A stretch of DNA of 32,000 nucleotides from Desulfocapsa sulfexigens DSM 10523 (GTDB taxonomy: Bacteria; Desulfobacterota; Desulfobulbia; Desulfobulbales; Desulfocapsaceae), in assembly GCF_000341395.1 (NCBI RefSeq), contig NC_020304.1:690001-722000 (forward strand), read 5' to 3'. The notes beneath the pieces are model-generated. The model was not told the origin of the DNA and made no database searches. It saw only the letters and a program-made list of their open reading frames with translations. The stretch's first letter is position 1; each line of letters opens with the position of its first letter. The translations under genes were made by a program, and so were the position numbers. Of this stretch, positions 16,735 to 26,238 are shown in pieces.

Positions 16735-18171
16735 TCATGCGCTGGTATCTAGAATCGACTGGTCATCTGGAAGAATTTTCTGTAACAGCGTTGTGCCTGG
16801 TGCTCCAGCACCGGCAGCAAAGCTGAGGGAAAGCAGGGGGGCCGAACTGATTGTTTCTTTCAACTCAGCTCCAAAGGTAGCAACGAAGTCAGCCTTTTCC
16901 CTGGTGTCCAGAAAAAAGGCAATCCTGACTGCTTCCGCAGTCTGAACACACCTGACCCGTATGTTTCCTAGCCCTTCGACCGTAAGATGCAGCGTACAGG
17001 AACAGTCGTTCTCCTTATTCTCCTCTTCATTACGTCCGCCTGCCTCCTGATCCACAAGCAGATAGCCCTTTTCGAGAAAAGAGAAGAGCAGCGGGAACAG
17101 AACACCATTCTCCTGCTGGAGACTTGCCTGAATAAACTGGCTGCTCTCCAGAGTGGCAAGAATACGGCCGGCAGCCGTACTGATCTCCTCCTGGCCTTTG
17201 AAAATCTGGGAAATCTCCGCCAGAACTGACTTGAGCTGAGCCACAGTGTCCTGCCCTTTGCCCTGATTCGCCAGTATTTCTGATCGAAGTCCCAGCTGCT
17301 CAAGACTGGTTTTAAGAAGTTCACCGGCCCCTGGTTCCTGAAGTTGAATCGGCTGCAGTCCCTCCATACTGTGCAGTAGTTGCTGCTGTGTTGGCTGCAG
17401 CAGTTCAAGACCAGAGAACAACGGCAATTGTAAAGCTCTAACCAGGGCTGGCAATGATTGCATCTGTCCCGTAAGCAGAAGAGGCTGCGTGTTACCCGGC
17501 ACTCCCCCTGCATTCAAAACTACAAAACCAGGTACAGGCTGCAATGACTGTAACTGCAGCACTTTACTCTCCCCCACCTCAGCACCTATGGCCCCCTGAA
17601 GTTGATAGGACTCGCCACCAATCCGAACCACTGCTCTGTTTTCTCCGAGAAGCTCGGTAACAGTGGCCTTCACCGTATAATTTCCCTGACGGATCAACTG
17701 TTCTACAGCTCCGGCATCCATTTTCTGCAAAACGGGCTGAGAATCCTGTCTGGCGATATCAGAAGAAACAGCAGAACCTGTTAAGACAGATCCTGAGGTG
17801 GAAAAAAAGCTCTTCTGAAGACTCTGTAAAAGGGGTTTCACGTTGATCACATCACCTGCCAGAGCAAGAGCCTGACGAGCCTGAGAGGGAAGGCCAGGAT
17901 CAACTATCTGTAGTTCCAGAACGGGTGCGGTACGCAGAACCTGAAACTGGATCTGTTCACCTTTTACCAAAGGAACATTGGATTGTACTTCAAAGCGCAA
18001 GCCTGCTGTCTCGAGCAGAAACATATTCTGTCCTCTGCTTTCAATCACCGTAGCAGATCCCGCCCTGCCGGGCTCCATCTGTGCCCCCCCGGACTGGGCT
18101 TTTTGACTCTGTAGTCCGGAACTGCCCTGTGGTCCGTAAAGGGCGGCAATTTGAGATGTACTGGTAATCAT
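16735..18171 (-). CDS. Large hypothetical protein, possibly FliK/hook-length-control-like
   Basis: 478 aa. Gln/Leu/Ser-rich central region and C-terminal CTLHLTVEGLGNIRVRCVQTAEAVRIAFFLDTREKADFVATFGAELKETISS, reminiscent of a Flg_hook domain. No other flagellar genes in the window. Confidence 0.5.
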   Translation of the reverse strand: MITSTSQIAALYGPQGSSGLQSQKAQSGGAQMEPGRAGSATVIESRGQNMFLLETAGLRFEVQSNVPLVKGEQIQFQVLRTAPVLELQIVDPGLPSQARQALALAGDVINVKPLLQSLQKSFFSTSGSVLTGSAVSSDIARQDSQPVLQKMDAGAVEQLIRQGNYTVKATVTELLGENRAVVRIGGESYQLQGAIGAEVGESKVLQLQSLQPVPGFVVLNAGGVPGNTQPLLLTGQMQSLPALVRALQLPLFSGLELLQPTQQQLLHSMEGLQPIQLQEPGAGELLKTSLEQLGLRSEILANQGKGQDTVAQLKSVLAEISQIFKGQEEISTAAGRILATLESSQFIQASLQQENGVLFPLLFSFLEKGYLLVDQEAGGRNEEENKENDCSCTLHLTVEGLGNIRVRCVQTAEAVRIAFFLDTREKADFVATFGAELKETISSAPLLSLSFAAGAGAPGTTLLQKILPDDQSILDTSA

Positions 18172-18295
18172 AGTTTCTTCTGGTGGCTAAACAATCACAC
18201 CATATCTCTTGGAAAAAACCTTGCTCTGCACCGTGGTTTATGGAATAAGAAGCTGTCCCTTCTTTTAAATCTACAGGAAAATTCTGCAAAACACC

Positions 18296-19069
18296 ATGAC
18301 ATTAAAAACTGGAATATACGTTGATGCCGAAAACATCAGACTCTGCGGTGGATATGGAATGCGCTATGATGTGCTGGTGGATCTTGCCAATCGTGGTGGC
18401 TCCAGTATGCTCCGCGCTAATTGCTACCTTGCCGAAAATGGTGAACGAACCAAGGAAGACCGCGATTATCGCCTGAAACTGTACCGCTATCACAACATTC
18501 TGCGTCAGTGCGGCTTTAAGGTTATCAAAAAGTACGTCAAACACTTTGTTGATGATGAGGGGATACTCACCACCAAGGCCAATGCGGACATGGATCTTGC
18601 AATCGACGCCCTGCTCCAGGCCAGAAAGCTCGACAAGATCATCCTTCTCACCGGTGATGGTGATTTTATCCGTCTGGTTCAGGCCCTCCAGAACATGGGA
18701 TGCCGGGTTGAAGTAATCGCCTTCAACAATGTGAGCAGCGATCTCAAGGAAGAGGCAGACAGTTTTCTCTCAGGTTTTCTTATCCCAGGCCTTCTGCCAA
18801 TTCAACAGGATGGGGGGCGCTGGTATCGAGGCATCCCAATAAATTACAACAGTGACCGGGGCTTTGGTTTTATGCGCTACTACTCCATGCAGGCACATGG
18901 ACTCCATGCGGAAAGTGTTTTTTTTCACTGTTCTAAATCAAGTGTCAGCTCCGATGGGCTTTTTCTGGACTCCGACAATATTTTTGAGTTCAAGATAGTG
19001 GCCAACCCTGAAAACAACAACAAAACCGAAGCCATGGACATTCGCTCCATTGACGAAATCCAGCCGTGA
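18296..19069 (+). CDS. NYN-domain (LabA/DUF88-like) putative nuclease with cold-shock-like C-terminal domain
   Basis: 257 aa. GIYVDAENIRLCGGYG...KADMDLAIDALLQARKLDKIILLTGDGDFIRLVQALQNMGCRVEVIAFN (NYN); C-terminus RWYRGIPINYNSDRGFGFMRYY...ESVFFHCSKSS...NIFEFKIV resembles a cold-shock/OB domain. Confidence 0.85.
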   Translation: MTLKTGIYVDAENIRLCGGYGMRYDVLVDLANRGGSSMLRANCYLAENGERTKEDRDYRLKLYRYHNILRQCGFKVIKKYVKHFVDDEGILTTKANADMDLAIDALLQARKLDKIILLTGDGDFIRLVQALQNMGCRVEVIAFNNVSSDLKEEADSFLSGFLIPGLLPIQQDGGRWYRGIPINYNSDRGFGFMRYYSMQAHGLHAESVFFHCSKSSVSSDGLFLDSDNIFEFKIVANPENNNKTEAMDIRSIDEIQP

Positions 19070-19698
19070 GAATAACCGCCTTCAGTGATACCCACATGCT
19101 CCACCAGCGGGTGGAAATCCCGGATGGTGATCTACTCATCTTCGCAGGAGACATGTCTGTATGCAGGACTCTGCAGGATGTTGCGGGATTCAACACTTTC
19201 CTGAAATCATTGCCACATCCATACAAAGTGGTAATCGGCGGCAACCATGACCACCTCCTGGCTTCATCACCGGATCTTGGCCGCGAATTGCTTCGGGATG
19301 CCACCTATCTTCAGGACGAAAGTGTAATCATTGAAGGAATCAAAATCCACGGCTCTCCCTGGCAGCCAATCTTTAACACCAATGCCTGCGATGCATTTGC
19401 TCTTCCCCGTGGCGGAGCTATACTCCAAAAATGGGATCTGATTCCAGAGGATACAGACATCCTTATCACCCACAGTCCACCCGCCGGCATTATGGATGAA
19501 GATGGTGGAGCCAGCCACGGGTGTAGTGACCTTCTCCATGCTGTACAACGCATAAAACCTACGTTTCATATTTTCGGCCATATTCACAATCATAATGGAA
19601 TACAGCGAATTGGCTGCACCACTTTCGTCAACTGTAACGTGAAAGACAAAAATAACAGGGTACGCCCGGCCCTTACATTTGATTATCCTTCCCGATAA
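19066..19698 (+). CDS. Metallophosphoesterase (calcineurin-like)
   Basis: 210 aa, GTG start overlapping the preceding stop (GTGA). MRITAFSDTHMLHQRVEIPDGDLLIFAGDMS...VVIGGNHDHLL...DILITHSPPAG...HIFGHIHNHNG gives the metal-binding motifs. Confidence 0.92.
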   Translation: MRITAFSDTHMLHQRVEIPDGDLLIFAGDMSVCRTLQDVAGFNTFLKSLPHPYKVVIGGNHDHLLASSPDLGRELLRDATYLQDESVIIEGIKIHGSPWQPIFNTNACDAFALPRGGAILQKWDLIPEDTDILITHSPPAGIMDEDGGASHGCSDLLHAVQRIKPTFHIFGHIHNHNGIQRIGCTTFVNCNVKDKNNRVRPALTFDYPSR

Positions 19699-19798
19699 GG
19701 TTATAATTACAAAACTGTTGGGTGGACTACTTCAGCTGCCCTCCTTCACTCTTCAGCCTATCTCTTAACCTTCAGCACCTCGAGTCAGGAGTTATACA

Positions 19799-21298
19799 AT
19801 GACAGAGCCACAACAGATTCTTATAGGTGGAAATAAAGCAGGTGAGCAAATCCTTCTCAATCCCGCCATGGCAAATCGCCATGGATTAATCACCGGAGCA
19901 ACGGGGACCGGTAAAACTGTGACTCTGCAGCTCCTGGCCGAAGCTTTTTCAAGGCTTGGAGTCCCTGTCTTTTCTGCAGATGTCAAAGGGGATCTTTCTG
20001 GCATCGCCAATCCCGGCAAGCCACATCCAAAAGTCAGCGAACGGCTGAACCACATGGGGGTCAGTGCCCACCCCTTTGAGGGCTGCCCGACCCTGTTCTG
20101 GGATATTGAAGGCAAAACTGGCCATCCTGTACGTACGACGATTTCGGAAATGGGTCCCGTCCTGCTGGCCAACATTCTTGAACTGAATGACACCCAGAGT
20201 GGCATCCTCCACGTTGCCTTTTCCGTTGCCGACGACCAGGGCTTACTCCTCCTTGATCTTAAGGATCTGAGCTCCATGCTCAACTGGATTTCAGAAAACC
20301 GTAACGAACTGGCTAAAGAATATGGCAATATCGCCTCTCAGAGTGTTTCTGCCATTCAACGTAAACTTCTGGTTCTGCGAGAATCCGGTGGGGAAGTCTT
20401 TTTTGGCCAACCGGCTCTGAACATTGACGATCTGATGCACGCCGACTTCTCTGGCCGTGGAGTGGTCAGCCTCCTCGATGCGTCATCACTCTATTCAAAC
20501 CCCAGAATCTATAGCACATTTCTATTATGGCTTCTGTCCGAACTTATGGAAGAACTGCCCGAACGCGGCGACGCCCCTCTGCCAAAACTGGTATTCTTTT
20601 TCGATGAAGCACATCTTCTGTTCAATAATTCGCCCAAGGCCCTGATTGATCGCATCACACAGGTTGTGCGGCTGATACGTTCCAAAGGGGTGGGGATATT
20701 CTTCGTCAGCCAGTATCCCAATGACATTCCGGATGAGGTTTTGGGACAATTGGGTTGTCGCATCCAGCATGGACTCCGAGCCTTCACCCCCAAAGATCAG
20801 AAGGCAGTAAAAGTAGCTGCCCAGACCTTCCGCCAGAATCCCGGAATTGACACCGAAAAAGCCATCACTGAACTTGGAGTTGGTGAAACACTGGTTTCCA
20901 CCCTGGATCCCAAAGGACGCCCCACAGTGGTGGACTGGTGCCTGATGGCTCCCCCCCATTCTCAAATCGGCCCCATCGCTGCGGAAGAAAAAAACAGACT
21001 TATGGATCGTTCACCAATTAAAGGGCGCTATGATACTGTGGTTGACCGGGAATCAGCATATGAACTGTTGATAGCAAGAGAAGAAGAAGTGGAGAAGAAA
21101 CGTCGGGAAGCAGCAGCCGAGCTTGAACGGGAACAGGCAGCTGCACACGAGGAAAGGCAGAGGAACAAACCCTCCGGCAGGCAAAGAGAATCCGTCCTGG
21201 AAAGCACACTCAAATCCATTGGCCGAAGTTTCGGTTCCCAGGTGGCCCGCTCTCTGGCTCGGGGTATTCTTGGTTCACTTATCGGCAAACGTCGCTGA
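19799..21298 (+). CDS. HerA-like/YjgR-type (DUF853) ATPase
   Basis: 499 aa. GLITGATGTGKTVTLQLLAEAFSRLGVPVFSADVKGDLSGIA (Walker A), PKLVFFFDEAHLLFNNSPKAL (Walker B), RSKGVGIFFVSQYPNDIPDEVLGQLGCRIQHGLRAFTPKDQKAVK. Confidence 0.92.
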   Translation: MTEPQQILIGGNKAGEQILLNPAMANRHGLITGATGTGKTVTLQLLAEAFSRLGVPVFSADVKGDLSGIANPGKPHPKVSERLNHMGVSAHPFEGCPTLFWDIEGKTGHPVRTTISEMGPVLLANILELNDTQSGILHVAFSVADDQGLLLLDLKDLSSMLNWISENRNELAKEYGNIASQSVSAIQRKLLVLRESGGEVFFGQPALNIDDLMHADFSGRGVVSLLDASSLYSNPRIYSTFLLWLLSELMEELPERGDAPLPKLVFFFDEAHLLFNNSPKALIDRITQVVRLIRSKGVGIFFVSQYPNDIPDEVLGQLGCRIQHGLRAFTPKDQKAVKVAAQTFRQNPGIDTEKAITELGVGETLVSTLDPKGRPTVVDWCLMAPPHSQIGPIAAEEKNRLMDRSPIKGRYDTVVDRESAYELLIAREEEVEKKRREAAAELEREQAAAHEERQRNKPSGRQRESVLESTLKSIGRSFGSQVARSLARGILGSLIGKRR

Positions 21299-21532
21299 AC
21301 AGGACAGCTTTATCTTGCTGTTTTTATACATCCTTAATCTCGTCGTGTTTGTGGGCTAGCCTATTAATAATAGAATGACAAGCCATTCCAATCTCGAACA
21401 TTAACCGAACGAAATCGGAGATAAAACTGATTCTGGGAGAAGTCACAAAAAAAATGTCCACTTTTACTTGACCATCTTTATGCTGCAACTATTCCGACAA
21501 ATCCTAACTTTTATATTCTTTGGGAGATATAT

Positions 21533-24283
21533 ATGGCTGGCCCGCGTAGCCTTGTCCTTGAAATTCATAACCTTACCGAACATCTCTATCGTGTCCTTCA
21601 GGAGCAGGTTGGAGTTGAACTCACCGAACTTGTGGAGCATGTTTTTGATCTCGCCAAAGCACGTCGGGCCGGGGACATAAAAGCAGCCCATGAGCTTGGA
21701 AAACTGGTGGCCGACCTTGATGAGCGCCAGGCTGAGGTTGTACTGACCGCAGCGAGCCTTCGTTTTGATCTGGTAAACATGGCCGAAGATCGCCAGCGGG
21801 TGCGGATGCTGCGTGACCGGGAAAGACGCAGTGGCCACCACCCTCGCCCGGAGTCCATTAGCGCAGCCATCGCCTACCTCGGTGAAGAAGGGTATGGTGC
21901 TGACCAGGTCCAGGGGTTTCTTGACAAACTTTCTATCGAACCGGTCTTCACTGCGCACCCCACAGAGGCCAAGAGGCGAACAGTACGTGCCAAGCTCAAG
22001 CGTATCCAGCAATGTTTGGCGGAACTCAACCAGCACGACCTCCTGCCGCGCGAGGAGCAGCGTCTGGAGGAGATCATTCACTGTGAAATTGTAGCACTCT
22101 GGCAAACCGAGCCCCATCGCCCTGAACGGCCCACGGTCATCGAGGAGGTCGAACGTGCCCTCTTCTTCATGCAGACCCTCTGGGATGTAGTGCCTCGCCT
22201 TTATCAAGAGCTGGAAGATGGCTTGGGGCGTTATTTCTACGGCAATATCTTTTCCAGAACCCGATTCTTACATTTCGGTTCCTGGATCGGTGGTGATCGT
22301 GACGGCAACCCCTTTGTCACCAGTGAGGTCACTGCCCAGACCCTTACCATTCTACGGCAGGCCGCCCTTGACGCCCACCTTCAGGAATGCCGGCAGATGT
22401 ACCAGAGGTTGAGCATGTCCATGCGCAAGATTGGCGTCAATCAAGAACTGGTCCGGCGGCTTGCCGAGATGATGGAGCAGTGGCCCCAGATGCAGGCCCG
22501 GATTGATGACGTACCGGAACAGGAGCTCTATCGCCGCTGGCTTCGAGCGGTTGAGTGGCGCCTGCACCAGAGCAGGATTGCCGTTCCTTTTGCTGAACTA
22601 CCGCCTGGAGCCTATCAACGGGCGGCCGAGCTGCTGGCCGATATCGAGCTGGTCCGCCAGAGTTTATGGGACCATGATGCCCGAGATGTAGCGGAAAACA
22701 CGGTGACAAACTGGCTCTGCCGTATCCGGGTCTTTGGTTTTCACATGGCCTGCCTGGATATCCGCCAGGAGTCTGGTGATTATGAGCAGGTGGTGGCCGA
22801 ATTACTTGCCTGCCAGCAACTCTGTAGCAATTATATGGATCTGGATGAACAAGACCGCCAGGATGTACTGTGCCGTACTATGGGATCTGCCCTGCCTCTG
22901 GAGGCTGACGCCCTCTCCGACCAGACCCGGGAAGCCCTGGCCCTCTTTCGCTTGCTGACCCGGACCGTCCATCTTTACGGACCTGAAGTCCTTGGTGGTC
23001 ATGTCATCAGTATGACCCACCAGCCAAGCCATGTCCTGCTGGTTCTCTGGCTATTGCGCTGGGCCGCAGTCGAGGCAGGCGATCCTGATTCACTCGGGGT
23101 GGGGCCGGCCGGTATCGTGCCGCTTTTTGAGACCATTGATGACCTCAAGCGTTCGGCCACCATCATGGAGTACCTCCTTGAAAACAAGCTCTACAAAGCC
23201 CATCTGACAAGCTATGGCAGGACCCAAACCATTATGGTGGGCTATTCTGACAGCACTAAGGATGGCGGCTATCTTGAGGCATGCTGGTCGCTCTATCGTG
23301 GTCAGTCGGAACTGTATGACGTGTGCAGAAGCCATGGGGTAAAACCAGTCTTTTTTCACGGGCGCGGTGGCTCCTTGGGCCGTGGCGGTGGCCCGGCGGC
23401 TCGCAGCATAATGTCTCTGCCGCCTCATACTGTGGCCGGGGCCATCAGGATGACCGAGCAGGGTGAGGTTTTGGCAGCCCGTTATGATGATCCGGAGATT
23501 GCCTTCCGCCACCTGGAACAGGTAACCGCTGCCACTATTCTGGTGGAGGCTGAAAAATGTGAGCCGCCCCGTCAGGAGTGGTTGGATTGCATGGAGTCCT
23601 TGGCGGCAAGGGCGTATGAGGTGTACCGGGACCTGGTAGAGCAGCCCGGTTTTGTTGACTATTTCCGTCAGACCACCCCCATTGACGAGATAGAGTCCCT
23701 GCCCATTGGTTCACGACCGTCGCGGCGCAAGCAGAATGTCCACAGCCTGGAAACCCTCAGGGCCATCCCCTGGGTCTTTGCCTGGACCCAGAGCCGGGTC
23801 ATGATTCCAGCCTGGTATGGCCTTGGCACAGCCATGGTCGAGTTTGCCGCAGCCGATGAAGAGGGCTGGCAGAAGTTAAACCGGATGTATCAGCAATGGG
23901 CCTTCTTCAAGGCAACTGTGGATAACGCTGAACAGGCCGTGGCCAAGGCCTCACCCAGCATTGCTCACATCTATTCCCAGCTCGCCGAAAACAAGAAGCA
24001 GCGCCGAGTCATCTGGGATCTTCTGGTCACTGAATACGACAAATCCTGCAAGGCGGTGCTCTATGTCAACGGCAGCGATGATTTACTTGAAGTTACCTCC
24101 TGGCTTGCCCGCTCCATTGAGGAACGTGATCCCTATGTGGATCCCCTCAACCTGATCCAGGTGGAGTTAATAAAGAGGGGACGGCAGCTGGCCGGCAAAG
24201 ACGGCCATGTGCCCGATACTATTCGTGTCCTCATCCGCCAAAGCATCCAGGGGATGTCGGCCAGCATGCGGACAACCGGGTAA
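21533..24283 (+). CDS. ppc: Phosphoenolpyruvate carboxylase
   Basis: 916 aa. VFTAHPTEAKRRTVRAKLKRIQQCL, GSWIGGDRDGNPFVTSEVT, CLDIRQESGDY, GYSDSTKDGGYLEACWSLYRGQ, FFHGRGGSLGRGGGPAARSIMSLP, RAIPWVFAWTQSRVMIPAWYGLG. Confidence 0.97.
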   Translation: MAGPRSLVLEIHNLTEHLYRVLQEQVGVELTELVEHVFDLAKARRAGDIKAAHELGKLVADLDERQAEVVLTAASLRFDLVNMAEDRQRVRMLRDRERRSGHHPRPESISAAIAYLGEEGYGADQVQGFLDKLSIEPVFTAHPTEAKRRTVRAKLKRIQQCLAELNQHDLLPREEQRLEEIIHCEIVALWQTEPHRPERPTVIEEVERALFFMQTLWDVVPRLYQELEDGLGRYFYGNIFSRTRFLHFGSWIGGDRDGNPFVTSEVTAQTLTILRQAALDAHLQECRQMYQRLSMSMRKIGVNQELVRRLAEMMEQWPQMQARIDDVPEQELYRRWLRAVEWRLHQSRIAVPFAELPPGAYQRAAELLADIELVRQSLWDHDARDVAENTVTNWLCRIRVFGFHMACLDIRQESGDYEQVVAELLACQQLCSNYMDLDEQDRQDVLCRTMGSALPLEADALSDQTREALALFRLLTRTVHLYGPEVLGGHVISMTHQPSHVLLVLWLLRWAAVEAGDPDSLGVGPAGIVPLFETIDDLKRSATIMEYLLENKLYKAHLTSYGRTQTIMVGYSDSTKDGGYLEACWSLYRGQSELYDVCRSHGVKPVFFHGRGGSLGRGGGPAARSIMSLPPHTVAGAIRMTEQGEVLAARYDDPEIAFRHLEQVTAATILVEAEKCEPPRQEWLDCMESLAARAYEVYRDLVEQPGFVDYFRQTTPIDEIESLPIGSRPSRRKQNVHSLETLRAIPWVFAWTQSRVMIPAWYGLGTAMVEFAAADEEGWQKLNRMYQQWAFFKATVDNAEQAVAKASPSIAHIYSQLAENKKQRRVIWDLLVTEYDKSCKAVLYVNGSDDLLEVTSWLARSIEERDPYVDPLNLIQVELIKRGRQLAGKDGHVPDTIRVLIRQSIQGMSASMRTTG

Positions 24284-24613
24284 CGCTGGTATCATTTAAG
24301 GGGGATGCAAAGGTCTATATCAAGCTCGACAAGAGCAAGTTTTGCGGCAAAGACCTGGCAGGAGGCGATAGACATCAAAGGCCTGGGCCCGTTTACGGCC
24401 CTGAAACAGGCCTGCCCCCCATGACAAGCGGAGGCTTCAAGGATTGGTTCTTCATATTGTATCTATTCGTTCATCCTTACAATTTCTCTTTGTTATTCCA
24501 GCTCTTCCGGTAATACATTACATACCTGCCTGAACTTATCACGACCAATGTCAATCCCTTCTTCCAGAAGAACTTACACCGAACGGACATCCAAGCAGCA
24601 CTGCCATACTATA

Positions 24614-25255
24614 CTACTTCGCCGGGATAACTTTCGAAAAGTACTCCCCAATGAGAACTCCAAAATCAGCTGGTAAACTCTGATCACTGGAGCCACCATT
24701 GTAGGAAGCAGCCCAGGCACTATTAGAAGTGGAAAGCAGTCTCTGATGCAGGATCTTCTTGCTGCCTGCATCTCGTATCTCCACCATTACATCCATAAAA
24801 GAACTCCCGACAAAAACTCCGCCCCACATACGGGCAGCGTTACTGGTGATCCTCATATCAACAATTTTCAAATCAACCACGGCGGTCTTTCCTGAAAACT
24901 TTTTAGTCCCATCATCCGTTACATTTTTGTAGCTTTTCTTGGATTTCAATTGATTCACTATCTGCTCTTCGCAGTCACTGGCCGCTTTTGGATAATCGGT
25001 CTGAACCTGAGTACTGCTCTCAAATTTACCTATGATGACATTATCATACTTTACTGCCAGAGGTGCTCCCGCCACCATATCCTCAACGGAAGCCAGTTCC
25101 AGTTTTTCAGTTCCAGACTTGCTTGTTGCACCACTCTCCGGTGCAGCCTTACTGGCACTTCCCTGACCGGACTGCCCACCGACACAGGCACAAACAAGAG
25201 GAAGGACAAAAAAGAGGGACAACATGGTACAGACAGACTTTCTCACAGTTTTCAT
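24614..25255 (-). CDS. Secreted lipoprotein of unknown function (DUF4410-like)
   Basis: 213 aa. Lipobox-type signal LFFVLPLVCACVGG; VKYDNVIIGKFESSTQVQTDYPKAASDCEEQIVNQLKSKKSYKNV...VVDLKIVDMRITS...GSSFMDVMVEIRDAGSKKIL. Confidence 0.7.
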   Translation of the reverse strand: MKTVRKSVCTMLSLFFVLPLVCACVGGQSGQGSASKAAPESGATSKSGTEKLELASVEDMVAGAPLAVKYDNVIIGKFESSTQVQTDYPKAASDCEEQIVNQLKSKKSYKNVTDDGTKKFSGKTAVVDLKIVDMRITSNAARMWGGVFVGSSFMDVMVEIRDAGSKKILHQRLLSTSNSAWAASYNGGSSDQSLPADFGVLIGEYFSKVIPAK

Positions 25256-25445
25256 TGGACGCTCCTAAGATGGTAAATGCATTGTTAAATACCCGACAAA
25301 TGTCATGTTATATGGTATAGCAAAGACATCATGCTTTGTGAATGGATTTCAGCAATACAATGAGTAACTTTCCCATTGCAGAGTCCTACAAAAGCAGATA
25401 TTACTACCATCCTGATAAAATCATAAATTTCACTCTCTTTTTTCA

Positions 25446-25820
25446 ATGAAACAGACACAACCACCTCCCTGCCCGGGCTGTAACGGAACCGGGCAAATGA
25501 CCTGGTTTGGCGGCGTCAGTAGATTCCAGTTCTCCTACACAGACTGTCCGGAATGTCATGGCGTTGGTTTTTTAGTAAACACCAACGACAACTGCCTGCA
25601 ACCACAGGATCTTACAGACAGAACAGCACTCTCAAGTATACAGGCCGATCGATTCCTCAAGGCACTGGCACAAGTTCTTTCACAGACCCTGATCGGTGGG
25701 GAAAAGGTGCAATTGAGAGGCTTTGGCAGCTTTTCAAAATATTCTTCTACCGTACCAGGCACTCAAAAAATTCATTTTTCTTCCGCAAAACGGCTCCTGC
25801 AAAAACTCAACAATGAATAA
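25446..25820 (+). CDS. DnaJ-type CxxCxGxG zinc finger fused to a divergent HU/IHF-like domain
   Basis: 124 aa. N-terminal CPGCNGTG...CPECHGVG; C-terminal RFLKALAQVLSQTLIGGEKVQLRGFGSFSKYSSTVPGTQKIHFSSAKRLLQKLN matches the HU body motifs (G-x-x-V-x-L-x-G-F-G-x-F ... F-x-x-x-K-x-L) with the beta-arm region missing. Confidence 0.75.
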   Translation: MKQTQPPPCPGCNGTGQMTWFGGVSRFQFSYTDCPECHGVGFLVNTNDNCLQPQDLTDRTALSSIQADRFLKALAQVLSQTLIGGEKVQLRGFGSFSKYSSTVPGTQKIHFSSAKRLLQKLNNE

Positions 25821-25957
25821 AACTTATTTTTAAAGAAGTCCTGGAAAACATGCCGGTTTATCATTCATGATCCTTCTTAGGAATTTTTCTTGATTTTATT
25901 CAATTCGGGCCATATACTTTCTTGGAAATGCTCACTAACCCCACCAGGAGGACCACC

Positions 25958-26143
25958 ATGTGGCACATCAGCATTGAAGAGGAAAAATGTACTGGTTGTA
26001 ACGAATGTGTCGAGGGATGCCCTGGAGAAGTGTACGAACTGATTTACGATAAGGCCACCGTTGTTAACGGTGAAGAGTGCCACGGATGTTTCACCTGCGT
26101 CGAACTCTGCGATGAAGATGCCATCACGGTTGAAGACAGATAA
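25958..26143 (+). CDS. Small 4Fe-4S dicluster ferredoxin
   Basis: ATG 25958 preceded by AGGAGG. CTGCNECVEGCPGEVYEL and CHGCFTCVELCDEDAIT are two cluster-binding motifs. Confidence 0.9.
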   Translation: MWHISIEEEKCTGCNECVEGCPGEVYELIYDKATVVNGEECHGCFTCVELCDEDAITVEDR

Positions 26144-26238
26144 ATTTCATTCCCTGGCCTGCCAATGCGCACATCAGGTCAGACCTCCAACAGCTCATCT
26201 TTTAGCCGGAAAATCATTACCATCGGAGAATGGTACGC

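Noticed and set aside
19792-20328. 178-aa minus-strand ORF
   Set aside because: Antisense to the HerA/YjgR Walker A region; shadow ORF.
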